Below, piece by piece: positions 30,796 to 38,847 of a DNA stretch of 64,000 nucleotides. The notes beneath the pieces were generated by a model. It was given only the letters and a program-made list of their open reading frames with translations, was not told the DNA's origin and searched no databases. Origin of the DNA: Candidatus Colwellbacteria bacterium CG10_big_fil_rev_8_21_14_0_10_42_22 (GTDB lineage: Bacteria > Patescibacteriota > Minisyncoccia > UBA6257 > Colwellbacteraceae); NCBI GenBank assembly GCA_002773725.1, contig PFAH01000007.1, positions 19,485 to 83,484 of the forward strand. Reading direction: 5' to 3'. The position numbers and the translations under genes were made by a program. Each line of letters opens with the position of its first letter. The stretch's first letter is position 1.

Positions 30796-31305
30796 ATGCA
30801 AAAACGAGAAAAAATAACAAAAGAATATGTTCTTGGCATCGTTGAAAGCGAAGGAAGATTCACTTTTTCTACCAGAACAAGGAAATTGGCCAACAAAACG
30901 GTTATTCAAACCAGGGTTCCTACGTTCTCAATAAACATGCACGAAGACAATAGAAATCTATTAGAGCTAGTCAAAAAACAAATGGGCTTAGAGAATAAGA
31001 TATATATCTATAAATCTAAGGATAAAGATGGTTATAATCGGGCTAAAAAAGCCCTTCTAATAGTTAGGGGGTACGGAGCTATTAAAAACATAGTAGTTCC
31101 ATATTTCTATGGACAACTTGTGGGCGGAAAAGCGATCCAATTTAAGCAATGGATAGAGAGAATGGGGGACGATCCACTGGTTGCGGACGGCTACGGACTT
31201 ATTTGTCGCCTGCACAAGAATGGATATTATGCTAAAAATCCTAAATTTTCCGACAACCTTGTAAAACGTGAAAAGTCGAAATCTCCAAAATCGACAAAAA
31301 CCTAG
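30796..31305 (+). CDS. Free-standing single-motif LAGLIDADG endonuclease-like protein
   Basis: YVLGIVESEGRFTF matches the LAGLIDADG helix; followed by PTFSINMH...LLELVKKQMG and IVVPYF; 169 aa. Confidence 0.7.
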   Translation: MQKREKITKEYVLGIVESEGRFTFSTRTRKLANKTVIQTRVPTFSINMHEDNRNLLELVKKQMGLENKIYIYKSKDKDGYNRAKKALLIVRGYGAIKNIVVPYFYGQLVGGKAIQFKQWIERMGDDPLVADGYGLICRLHKNGYYAKNPKFSDNLVKREKSKSPKSTKT

Positions 31306-31533
31306 TGTTTAAGCGCCAACCCGGTTCTTCGCAATTGTGAAGAAGCTGTGAAAAAGACCACGTATATACTAATTAGTCAATAAAACTGTTAGGAAACTGT
31401 GCAAAATGCCTTAATACGGAAGGTAAACGGCAATGGATATGCCATTGCCGAATAACTTGTGGAAACTGTGGATTACTTCGCAACTGTACCCTTACCACAT
31501 AATCTCCGATCTCTAGGAAAAAGTATCAGATAG

Positions 31534-31562
31534 TTGACAAATAATCATTAATGTGATATTCT
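31534..31562 (+). promoter_or_regulatory. Sigma70 promoter of the DGR target gene
   Basis: TTGACA-17 nt-TATTCT with extended TG; SD AAGGAG just before ATG 31687. Confidence 0.7.
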
Positions 31563-31686
31563 ACACACTGTAGAAGATCGTACCTTAACTTCGCTACTTG
31601 CATATATCTGTTGCAGCTTTTATTGGATAATCTCTTGTCCCATAAAAGCTGCAACAGGGCAGCTCAACAAGAAAAGGAGAATCGTC

Positions 31687-32274
31687 ATGGCTATCAAGGT
31701 CACCGGCGGTCTGTACGAGTCGCTGATGCGACAGATTGCCGAGATCATGCGGCAGATCCACCAACCCGGTGGTTACCCGTTCGATCCGGCTCGTCTTCAC
31801 CAGGGGCTCCAGCGTCTCATCGAGGGTTTGATGGACAGCGCGGCCTCTGCTACCTACCCCATCACTGTGGACTACGGCCTCTCGGTCGAAGCCATGGTGA
31901 AGGCCGGTCGGTACGACTGGGTGAACGACTACATCACATCTCGCAACTTTCCCACCAAGAAGAAGGGGAAGAAGCAGGTCGTGGTGGAGTTGATCCACCT
32001 CAACCGTTCCGTCTCGACAGACGACGCGCTCAAGGAACTCGACAAGATGGGCATGAGGCCCGCCGAGCTTCACGAGCTTCTCGCGCTCGGTCAGATGTAC
32101 CCCGAGCTCCAGCGGGAATTCCCCGTGGTTGCTCTTGGTTCCGTCTGGCAGAACCCGAACGGCAATCGCTACGTTTCGTACCTCAGCAGGGACGATTCGG
32201 AGCGGAACCTGTACCTCGACTGGTTCGAGGTCGACTGGTACGGGTTCTTTCGCTTCGCTGCCGTCCGCAAGTAG
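31687..32274 (+). CDS. DGR target protein (195 aa, C-terminal variable region)
   Basis: Its 3' end (32135-32269) is a near copy of the TR, differing only at TR adenines. Confidence 0.92.
   Translation: MAIKVTGGLYESLMRQIAEIMRQIHQPGGYPFDPARLHQGLQRLIEGLMDSAASATYPITVDYGLSVEAMVKAGRYDWVNDYITSRNFPTKKKGKKQVVVELIHLNRSVSTDDALKELDKMGMRPAELHELLALGQMYPELQREFPVVALGSVWQNPNGNRYVSYLSRDDSERNLYLDWFEVDWYGFFRFAAVRK
32135..32269 (+). repeat. DGR variable repeat (VR), including A-free 3' element 32251-32268
   Basis: 135-nt ungapped match to 32597-32731 with 14 mismatches. Confidence 0.95.
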
Positions 32275-32313
32275 CTGGTCCTTGGGACCTTTGCCCTTTG
32301 GACTCCGAAAGGG

Positions 32314-32345
32314 AAGCCTCCGGTGTGTTCGCACACCGGAGGCTT
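32314..32345 (+). terminator. 14-bp hairpin with TTCG loop downstream of VR (terminator and/or DGR target hairpin)
   Basis: AAGCCTCCGGTGTG-TTCG-CACACCGGAGGCTT followed by TT. Smaller hairpins at 32277-32289 and 32294-32313. Confidence 0.75.
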
Positions 32346-32596
32346 TTGCGTTTCTAATTGGGAAGATACAATCAAAGAGGATAGTAGGTGTGTGTGCGTA
32401 AGGTTAAGGCTTTGCGCCATCGAATTCCGGATCTTGGAAATCGGAATGTGGAAAGTTAAACTCTCCCCATAATGTATTTCTTTGTATCCTTAAAAATGAA
32501 GCTACTTGGTGCAAGATATTAAGGAACTTTAGATTCCGGATAAGATACAACCCTAAGAGTATTCAAGGGGTGGTGGCATAGATGATATTTTGTACA

Positions 32597-32731
32597 TTGG
32601 TTCCGTCTGGCAGAACCCGAACGGCAATCACAACGTTTCGTACCTCAACAGGAACGATTCGAAGCGGAACCTGAACCTCAACTGGATCGAGAACGACTGG
32701 AACGAGATCTATCGCTTCGCTGCCGTCCGCA
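32597..32731 (+). ncRNA. DGR template repeat (TR)
   Basis: AAC-rich copy of the VR (10 AAC codons in the VR frame), followed by hairpin CTCCACCG-CTAGT-CGGTGGAG and a T tract. Confidence 0.93.
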
Positions 32732-32754
32732 GCTCGCTTCGTTTTTCTCCACCG

Positions 32755-33153
32755 CTAGTCGGTGGAGTTTTCTTTTGAAAGTTGTCTCAACCAACCACCG
32801 AGCATTTTTCCTATCTCGTTAAGTTTTTCTGATAAAGCGATATATTTTTTGTTATCGAGTGCTTTTATCTCCCAGGCAATTTGTAAGAAAAATTTGAGCA
32901 AATCTAGTTTCATAATAGCCTGCCGAACGTAAGGAACCTTCTGAGTTTTATAAAACTGACTTGCAAGAAGCGCGGATTCCATGACCTCTATGAGTAGTAA
33001 ATCTATTCTCTCACCCAATGTATATCTAGAAGTTTTTGAAAAGTGAGGCAAGAAGTTATGCCATACTTTATACGCATCAATGAGCTTTTGGATTACAGGT
33101 AAAGCCCCAGCTGGAGCAACGCGAGATTTCTTATGAGAATGAAGTTTATCCAT
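32755..33153 (-). CDS. avd: DGR accessory variability determinant (Avd, four-helix bundle)
   Basis: LPVIQK...SRYTLGERI...LKFFLQIAWE...EIGKMLGGW; located between TR and RT. Confidence 0.85.
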   Translation of the reverse strand: MDKLHSHKKSRVAPAGALPVIQKLIDAYKVWHNFLPHFSKTSRYTLGERIDLLLIEVMESALLASQFYKTQKVPYVRQAIMKLDLLKFFLQIAWEIKALDNKKYIALSEKLNEIGKMLGGWLRQLSKENSTD

Positions 33154-34170
33154 ACATTCGAAGACATTATTGGGCTTGAAAATCTACTGGAGGCGTGGGG
33201 AGAATTTGTGAAAGGAAAACGTGGGAAACATGATGTGCAAGAATTTTCACTTCACTTAATGGACAATATTTTCAAGCTTCACGCTGAGCTTTTGCATCAT
33301 ACCTATAGGCACGGCGGGTATCAAGCATTTAATATCTGCGATCCCAAACCGAGAAATATCCATAAAGCGAGAGTGCGTGATAGATTGCTCCACCACGCGA
33401 TTCACAGAAAGCTTTATCCATTTTTTGATAAGATTTTTATTCAGGATTCGTACTCTTGCCGCGTTGATAAAGGAACACATAAGGCACTTAACCGATTCAG
33501 AAATTTTGCTTATAAAGTGAGTAAAAACAATACGAGGGCGTGCTGGGTGTTGAAGTGCGATATAAGAAAATTTTTCGCGAATATTAACCACACAACTTTG
33601 ATGAAAATTCTACAAAAATATATTAGAGATAAAGATATTATTTGGCTTCTTGAGGAAGTGATAGAAAGCTTTTCTGTTGGAAGAATTGATGTTGGTCTGC
33701 CATTGGGGAACCTAACCTCACAACTTTTTGTGAATGTGTATATGAATGAATTTGATCAATTTGCTAAACACAGGTTGAAGGCAAGGTATTATATCCGCTA
33801 CGCAGATGACTTTGTATTACTTTCAGAAAACAAAGAATTATTGAGAAAACAAATAAACCTAATTGGAATTTTTTTGAAAGAGAAGTTATCTCTTGAATTA
33901 CATCCACACAAAGTTTCTATTAAATCACTGGCCTCTGGAATCGATTTTTTGGGTTGGGTTCATTTCTCGGATCATAGGGTGCTGAGGACACAAACGAAAC
34001 GAAGGGTAATAAGGCGTGTAAGAGCACATCCTACACCAGAAACTTTTAACTCATACCTGGGACTTCTGCGTCATGGGAATACGTATAAGATCAGATTGGG
34101 AATCCAAAGGACATTTATTCTTTCTGGGGGTGTTCCCAATAATGTTGACGAAGATCTTAGTGGAGCCTAG
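33133..34170 (+). CDS. DGR reverse transcriptase
   Basis: RDRLLHHAI, LKCDIRKFF, GLPLGNLTSQ (DGR-type SQ motif), catalytic YIRYADDF, GIDFLGW; no maturase or endonuclease extension. Confidence 0.95.
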   Translation: MRMKFIHTFEDIIGLENLLEAWGEFVKGKRGKHDVQEFSLHLMDNIFKLHAELLHHTYRHGGYQAFNICDPKPRNIHKARVRDRLLHHAIHRKLYPFFDKIFIQDSYSCRVDKGTHKALNRFRNFAYKVSKNNTRACWVLKCDIRKFFANINHTTLMKILQKYIRDKDIIWLLEEVIESFSVGRIDVGLPLGNLTSQLFVNVYMNEFDQFAKHRLKARYYIRYADDFVLLSENKELLRKQINLIGIFLKEKLSLELHPHKVSIKSLASGIDFLGWVHFSDHRVLRTQTKRRVIRRVRAHPTPETFNSYLGLLRHGNTYKIRLGIQRTFILSGGVPNNVDEDLSGA

Positions 34171-34187
34171 AATTCCCAAAAGAAACG

Positions 34188-35096
34188 TTAGAATAAGGAT
34201 GAAGAAAATAAACTTTGTTGAACTTTTGAAGAAGGTAATAAAACATCGACTAGGCGTAAAAACCGCTCCCTGTCGTTGTGTCGATTGTTATAGTGGAAAA
34301 CAAAGCCGTCCAAGTAAGTCTGTAGATACTTCTTCGAAATAACCTTGTGGGTGCCCTTGGTGCTTCTTTTAACGTGAGACCAAAAAGATTCTAGAGTATT
34401 CGTATGAATATCGCCTTTTACAAACTCTTTTAGGTTGTGCTGAACTGTGTGGCGGTGGTATCCAATAGCAACCTTATCGTATCTATTGCTCTCATCAGTT
34501 AATAAACGCTTATTCAAGACAGGGTTTACGTTCCGATCTAGGAAGCTACCAATAGTCTTTGCCCTATCGTTTGGCGAGACTTCTGCTCTCATTTCACCGC
34601 CTCGCTCAACCGCTCCGATAATGACGGACTTGTTTTGCATAGCTTGGCTACGATTTAGGTTTTGTACTCCACCCCTTTTTCGTCCGCCATACCAAGTCTC
34701 ATCCATTTCTACATCGCCTTCTAGAAATCTTTTGTCTTGCACTAAAGACTTGCGGATGAAGTGGAGCATACGCCACGCTGTTTTATAGGTAACGCCTAGT
34801 TGTCGTTCGACCTCTTTAGCTGAAATACCGCTTTTAGCGTTAGAAAATAGGAGGATAGTATAAAACCACAAGTTAAGAGGTGTGGCGCTCTTATGGAAGA
34901 TTGTGCCCGCAGTGGGGGCTATCTGGAACCTACACTTAGAGCATTGAAACTGTCGTCTATCTTTGAGTAAGGAGTAGTCGCCACCACAAGAACACTTACG
35001 AGAATGTAGGGTGTCGAATATGAAGTCTAGGCAATTCTTTTCTGTGCCAAAATCCTTCTTTAAGTCCCTAATTCCATACTTATCTATTTGAGCCAT
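34188..35096 (-). mobile_element. IS1595-family (ISXO2-like) transposase
   Basis: N-terminal Zn ribbon, TIFH, GISAKEVERQLGVTYKTAW, VEMDETWYGG, LTDE, HTNTLESFWSHVKR. Confidence 0.9.
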
Positions 35097-35102
35097 ACCC
35101 TT

Positions 35103-35131
35103 ATTATAAGGTATGCTAATTATGTTGTCAA
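35103..35131 (-). promoter_or_regulatory. Perfect sigma70 promoter of the transposase (leaderless transcript)
   Basis: TTGACA-17 nt-TATAAT on the minus strand, ATG 6 nt downstream. Confidence 0.8.
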
Positions 35132-35145
35132 GGGATAGGCGTGGA

Positions 35146-35862
35146 TTACTTGCCGAAACGCCTTTCCCTTTGAGAATATTGCTTAATTAGTCCTAAAAAG
35201 TCCTCTTTTGTGAAGTCCGGCCAATTTTTCTTTGCAAAATGAAGAATCGCGTCTTTCGTGTGCCACATCATAAATCCAGTGCTGTTGTGTGGCACTGTTG
35301 GATCTTCTGCACCTGTTCTTATCACTAAATCAACTTGAGGCAAATCTTTGGTCCAAAGATAGTTTTTAATTGTTTCACCTGTTACTTTTTTGCCATCTTT
35401 AATTGCAGAATTCATGGCAGATACCATTTCCCTGTCGCCGTTGTATCCGATTAGGTAGGTAAGAAAATGTCTTGAGTGCTTTCTGGTCGCCCCTTCTAGT
35501 TCTTGGATGGCGTCCCTTGTTTTTTTTGAGAGAAGGATTGGCCACTCTCCAATGAGACGCACGCAAATTTCATTTTCATAAATATCCCTGTTCTTCAAAC
35601 CTCTTTGAGCCCAAGGTCTATACATGTACTCGTCAAGAAACTTTATTTCTGTCGGCGTCCGTTTTGTAAGGTTGTTATATGACCCGCCCCAGATGGTTAG
35701 ATATTTAATTCCTGCGTCTACGGCGACCCTTGATATTTCTTCAACTACTTCTGCTCCGCGAGCGTGCCCTTCTTGCGGTTTGAGTCCATGGGCTTTTGCC
35801 CAACGCCTATTCCCATCAATAATTATGGCTACATGTTTTGGTAGAGAAGAATCCTTAGACAT
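35146..35862 (-). CDS. uppS: Undecaprenyl diphosphate synthase
   Basis: PKHVAIIIDGNRRWA, VDLVIRTG, WPDF, RERRFG. Start taken at MSKDS. Confidence 0.92.
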   Translation of the reverse strand: MSKDSSLPKHVAIIIDGNRRWAKAHGLKPQEGHARGAEVVEEISRVAVDAGIKYLTIWGGSYNNLTKRTPTEIKFLDEYMYRPWAQRGLKNRDIYENEICVRLIGEWPILLSKKTRDAIQELEGATRKHSRHFLTYLIGYNGDREMVSAMNSAIKDGKKVTGETIKNYLWTKDLPQVDLVIRTGAEDPTVPHNSTGFMMWHTKDAILHFAKKNWPDFTKEDFLGLIKQYSQRERRFGK

Positions 35863-35955
35863 AGATTCATGTTGCCCTAAGAACGGGCTACATATCAAGT
35901 GGTTTGTTTTTAATAAAACAAAGAAACCTCTTAAAATTCCTTTAGTGCTCACGGA

Positions 35956-35987
35956 AACAAAAAGAGCTCTGGAGAGCTCTTTTTGTT
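35956..35987. terminator. Bidirectional terminator after the H1-like ORF
   Basis: AACAAAAAGAGCTCT-GG-AGAGCTCTTTTTGTT. Confidence 0.7.
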
Positions 35988-35999
35988 AAGAAAGATAAA

Positions 36000-36140
36000 C
36001 TATCTTTTCCTCTTTTTTGAAACAGCTTTTCTCTTAGCGGGTTTCTTCTTAGCCACTTTCTTTTTAGGGGCAACTCTCTTCTTAGCCACCCTCTTTTTAG
36101 GAGCGGCTTTCTTTTTTGCCACCTTCTTTTTTGTGGGCAT
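36000..36140 (-). CDS. 46-aa histone-H1-like Lys/Arg/Ala/Pro protein
   Basis: MPTKKKVAKKKAAPKKRVAKKRVAPKKKVAKKKPAKRKAVSKKRKR*, 26 of 46 residues K/R, terminator directly downstream. Confidence 0.75.
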   Translation of the reverse strand: MPTKKKVAKKKAAPKKRVAKKRVAPKKKVAKKKPAKRKAVSKKRKR

Positions 36141-36275
36141 ATAATTCTTTATAAATGTTTGGTAGCGGTGAGTGGCGACTACCCATACCCCCTACTTATT
36201 TAATTTTCAACCCAACAACCCTTTTGTGCAATATGTTAATAAGTATTTTCCACAACGAGTTAAAATAGAAAAACT

Positions 36276-36845
36276 ATGCTGGTCATATATGCTCATCCAA
36301 ATAAAAAGGGGAACAATGGATACATTCTTAAAACCCTTCAAAGACTACTTGATAAGAAAAAGATAGAATATAAAATCCTTGATTTATACGAGATGAACTT
36401 CGGTCCCGTTTTAAAACCGAAGGAACACTATACATCTGGCGAAAACAAGATAGGGGAAGATGTTAAGAAGATTCAGGAACTGATGAAGACGGAAGACAAA
36501 TTCATATTTATATATCCAACTTGGTGGAACGGCACTCCAGCTATTCTAAAGGGATTCTTTGATAGGGTTCTTACTCCTGGGTATGCATATAGATATGTAA
36601 ACCACATCCCCCTAGGTCTTTTAAAAGGAAGAGCGGTCGTGATAACAACCACAGGAGGACCTAAAATTTATGAGAAAACATTTGCTGGTGATAAATCTTT
36701 GAGGGTAGTAATTCGAGACACCCTTTTATTCTCTGGAATTAAAGCCAAGGGATTCATGATAGATAGGGCGACCACCCTTTCCAACAGAAACAAAAGATTG
36801 ATAGAAAAAACAATTCCCAAAGCACTTAAATATTTGGGATTATAA
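36276..36845 (+). CDS. Flavodoxin-fold NAD(P)H-dependent oxidoreductase
   Basis: LVIYAHP, YPTWWNGTPAILKGFFDRV, TTGG. Confidence 0.88.
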   Translation: MLVIYAHPNKKGNNGYILKTLQRLLDKKKIEYKILDLYEMNFGPVLKPKEHYTSGENKIGEDVKKIQELMKTEDKFIFIYPTWWNGTPAILKGFFDRVLTPGYAYRYVNHIPLGLLKGRAVVITTTGGPKIYEKTFAGDKSLRVVIRDTLLFSGIKAKGFMIDRATTLSNRNKRLIEKTIPKALKYLGL

Positions 36846-36872
36846 AAACACCCCGCAAGGGGTGTTTCTGAT

Positions 36873-36949
36873 TGGTGGGTGCTGAGGGATTCGAACCCCC
36901 GACCTCCTCGGTGTAAACGAGGCGCTCTAGCCAACTGAGCTAAGCACCC
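36873..36949 (-). tRNA. tRNA-Val(TAC)
   Basis: GGGTGCTTAGCTCAG...CCTCG-TTTACAC-CGAGG...GTTCGAATCC...ACCA. Confidence 0.96.
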
Positions 36950-37136
36950 GCCTCGACCCGCTCGGCGGGGCAGGCCCACACTCTCAAGATTATCCAAAAG
37001 CAGTCGTGTTTGTCTAGTTGGTTCCCCTAAATGGATGCGCCTGCCTGCCGGCAGGCAGGCCATACCTACGGTAGGCAGGTTTACTGTGTCCGCCTGAGGC
37101 GGATTGCTGTTTATTATCCAAGCAAAGCTTGGATAA
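36947..37136. repeat. Cluster of short GC-rich palindromes (REP-like)
   Basis: GCCTGCCTGCCGGCAGGCAGGC (37039-37060), CCTACGGTAGG, TCCGCCTGAGGCGGA, TTATCCAAGC-AAA-GCTTGGATAA. Confidence 0.7.
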
Positions 37137-37203
37137 ACAGGGAAAACTCTGGACTGGGCGGGTATTAAGAGGGATTTGGAAAAATTCAGTTATAATTTGA
37201 CGT

Positions 37204-37533
37204 ATGGCATTCGTGCATCAGCATAAAAGAAAAAGGGTCTATAGGGATCTTGAGCCGTATCCCCATGTAAAAATCTACTATAGAGTTTTGGACAATGTTG
37301 TGTCTGTTGTCTCAGTAGTAGCGCCTCTCTCAGTTATCCCACAAATGTGGAACATTTGGGCTAATCGTCAAGCAGTAGACGTTTCATTATTAACCTGGAG
37401 TTTGTTTTTGTTATTTACCCTACCCCTACTTCTTTATTCTATTGCCCACAGAGATAAACGATTGATTACTATGTATTCCCTGAATACGCTTTTTAATATT
37501 GTAATTGTCTTGGGGATTATTCTGTTCAACTAA
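37204..37533 (+). CDS. SemiSWEET/PQ-loop family small transporter
   Basis: Three TM helices, VIPQMW, DVSLLTW. Confidence 0.75.
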   Translation: MAFVHQHKRKRVYRDLEPYPHVKIYYRVLDNVVSVVSVVAPLSVIPQMWNIWANRQAVDVSLLTWSLFLLFTLPLLLYSIAHRDKRLITMYSLNTLFNIVIVLGIILFN

Positions 37534-37535
37534 AA

Positions 37536-37623
37536 GCTCCCCATCGTGGACGACGTTAGAACCTATTTCGTTGAATTAAACCTAGAAACATGACTCCCTA
37601 GTGAACGATGTTAGAGCCCGTTT
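37536..37623 (+). repeat. 'DDVRT' cassette-boundary repeat R1 with satellite motif
   Basis: GCTCCCCATCGTGGACGACGTTAGAACC, then CGATGTTAGAGCCCGTTT starting 70 nt after its start. Confidence 0.75.
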
Positions 37624-37631
37624 TATGGGCT

Positions 37632-38786
37632 CTATTGTATTTTCTCAAATAGTGGTGGTGGAGTTATTACTTCATCACTCTCTAGCGCAAATCCCCTTAA
37701 CCCGCTCCTGCTCGTGATAATTCTAACTGGACCACCGTGGAAAGCGATTAATAATCTTCCGAGATTTGCGGGATCTAGCTGCCCAGCTGGCGCCCATCCT
37801 TTGCGTTCTTCCCAGGCCTTTTCAGAAATAGAATCATTATCTGGCCACCAATAAGGAATTAGTCCTGTTGTAGCACGCCTTAATTTGGGAGCTCCAATTG
37901 AACCCCTAAGAGATGGGCGAACATCGCTCTCTTCTTTTACTCCAAGAAGTGAGTATTCGAGGCCTTGGTCTACACCATTATATGCTCCTCCAAAAGAAGG
38001 CGAAGGCGGAAAACGAAATAAATCTCTATCTCGTAAAGACAATCTGAACTCATCTGCCTCGTCGGATTTATGAACACCCAAAAGGCTTTCGACTAGGGCG
38101 CTACTTTCCCCACTTTCTTTGAGGTATCTTCTTATCTCAAAAGAATAGTTAGTTTGTACTCCGGCTAGGCTTTTGCCAAGCGAATAGAGCTCTTCTCTAC
38201 TTAATCCTTCGAGTCCACCCCTTTGATCTATATATTCTCTCCTTAACTTTTCTGTGGCAGAAGAAGAAAGGCCAGCTAAACTTGCTAATACTATGTGTGA
38301 GGGGATTCCCGATTCTATCATTTCCTCCCTGAAGCGCCACGACGCTTCAGAATCTAAACTAACCAAACTCTCTGCTATGGCGAAACGCCCAGCCCTGCTA
38401 AGCAAGTGCCGTCTTATAGAATATGATCTAGGCGAATCTTCACCCGCTAGGGAGCGCAAAACAGTATCCACCAAAAAGCCCGTACTTTTCTTTCCTTTTT
38501 CGTAACTGGTGGAGTCGTCAATAGCCCCGATATCTATCGCTTCGACTATTCTATCTAACACCTGATAGAAAGTATCATCTACCTGCTCTACTGCGGTTCT
38601 CTGCCCAGTATAATCATTGGCCTCAAGTGCACCGACCCTTTTTGCCTCCCTTGTCGCCTTATTTATGATATCGCCTATTTGAAAGACGATTTGCTCCTTT
38701 CTACTAGGGATAGGAGCATCCCATAGGGGAGTTGTTTCATCTGACGACTCTTCATTGTTTTTTTCGCTTTTCCCAAAAAATCTCAT
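37632..38786 (-). CDS. Hypothetical protein with degenerate helical repeats
   Basis: Long ORF with recurring SL[AV][GS]x motifs; likely ATG at 38786. Confidence 0.7.
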   Translation of the reverse strand: MRFFGKSEKNNEESSDETTPLWDAPIPSRKEQIVFQIGDIINKATREAKRVGALEANDYTGQRTAVEQVDDTFYQVLDRIVEAIDIGAIDDSTSYEKGKKSTGFLVDTVLRSLAGEDSPRSYSIRRHLLSRAGRFAIAESLVSLDSEASWRFREEMIESGIPSHIVLASLAGLSSSATEKLRREYIDQRGGLEGLSREELYSLGKSLAGVQTNYSFEIRRYLKESGESSALVESLLGVHKSDEADEFRLSLRDRDLFRFPPSPSFGGAYNGVDQGLEYSLLGVKEESDVRPSLRGSIGAPKLRRATTGLIPYWWPDNDSISEKAWEERKGWAPAGQLDPANLGRLLIAFHGGPVRIITSRSGLRGFALESDEVITPPPLFEKIQ

Positions 38787-38847
38787 TACTTTATATTCTA
38801 CTAAAAAGAATGTTATTAACAATACGGAAGCGTGAGCATATTAACGA

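Noticed and set aside
31531-31550. Distant left inverted repeat of the IS1595 element
   Set aside because: The similarity is limited to TTGACAA/ATAAT, which both being sigma70 promoters explains.
31594-32357. Long alternative-frame ORFs over the DGR target, and similar ones at 49852-50857
   Set aside because: Expected shadows of GC-rich coding sequence, with no motifs or translation signals.
32590-32778. 62-aa Asn-rich ORF
   Set aside because: It is the TR read in the VR frame and most likely functions as RNA.
33133-34170. RT as a group II intron, retron or CRISPR-associated RT
   Set aside because: It has the SQ motif, no maturase or endonuclease extension, and an adjacent TR/VR pair and avd.
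36668-37063. 131-aa minus-strand ORF
   Set aside because: It runs through palindromic repeats, tRNA-Val and antisense to a real gene.
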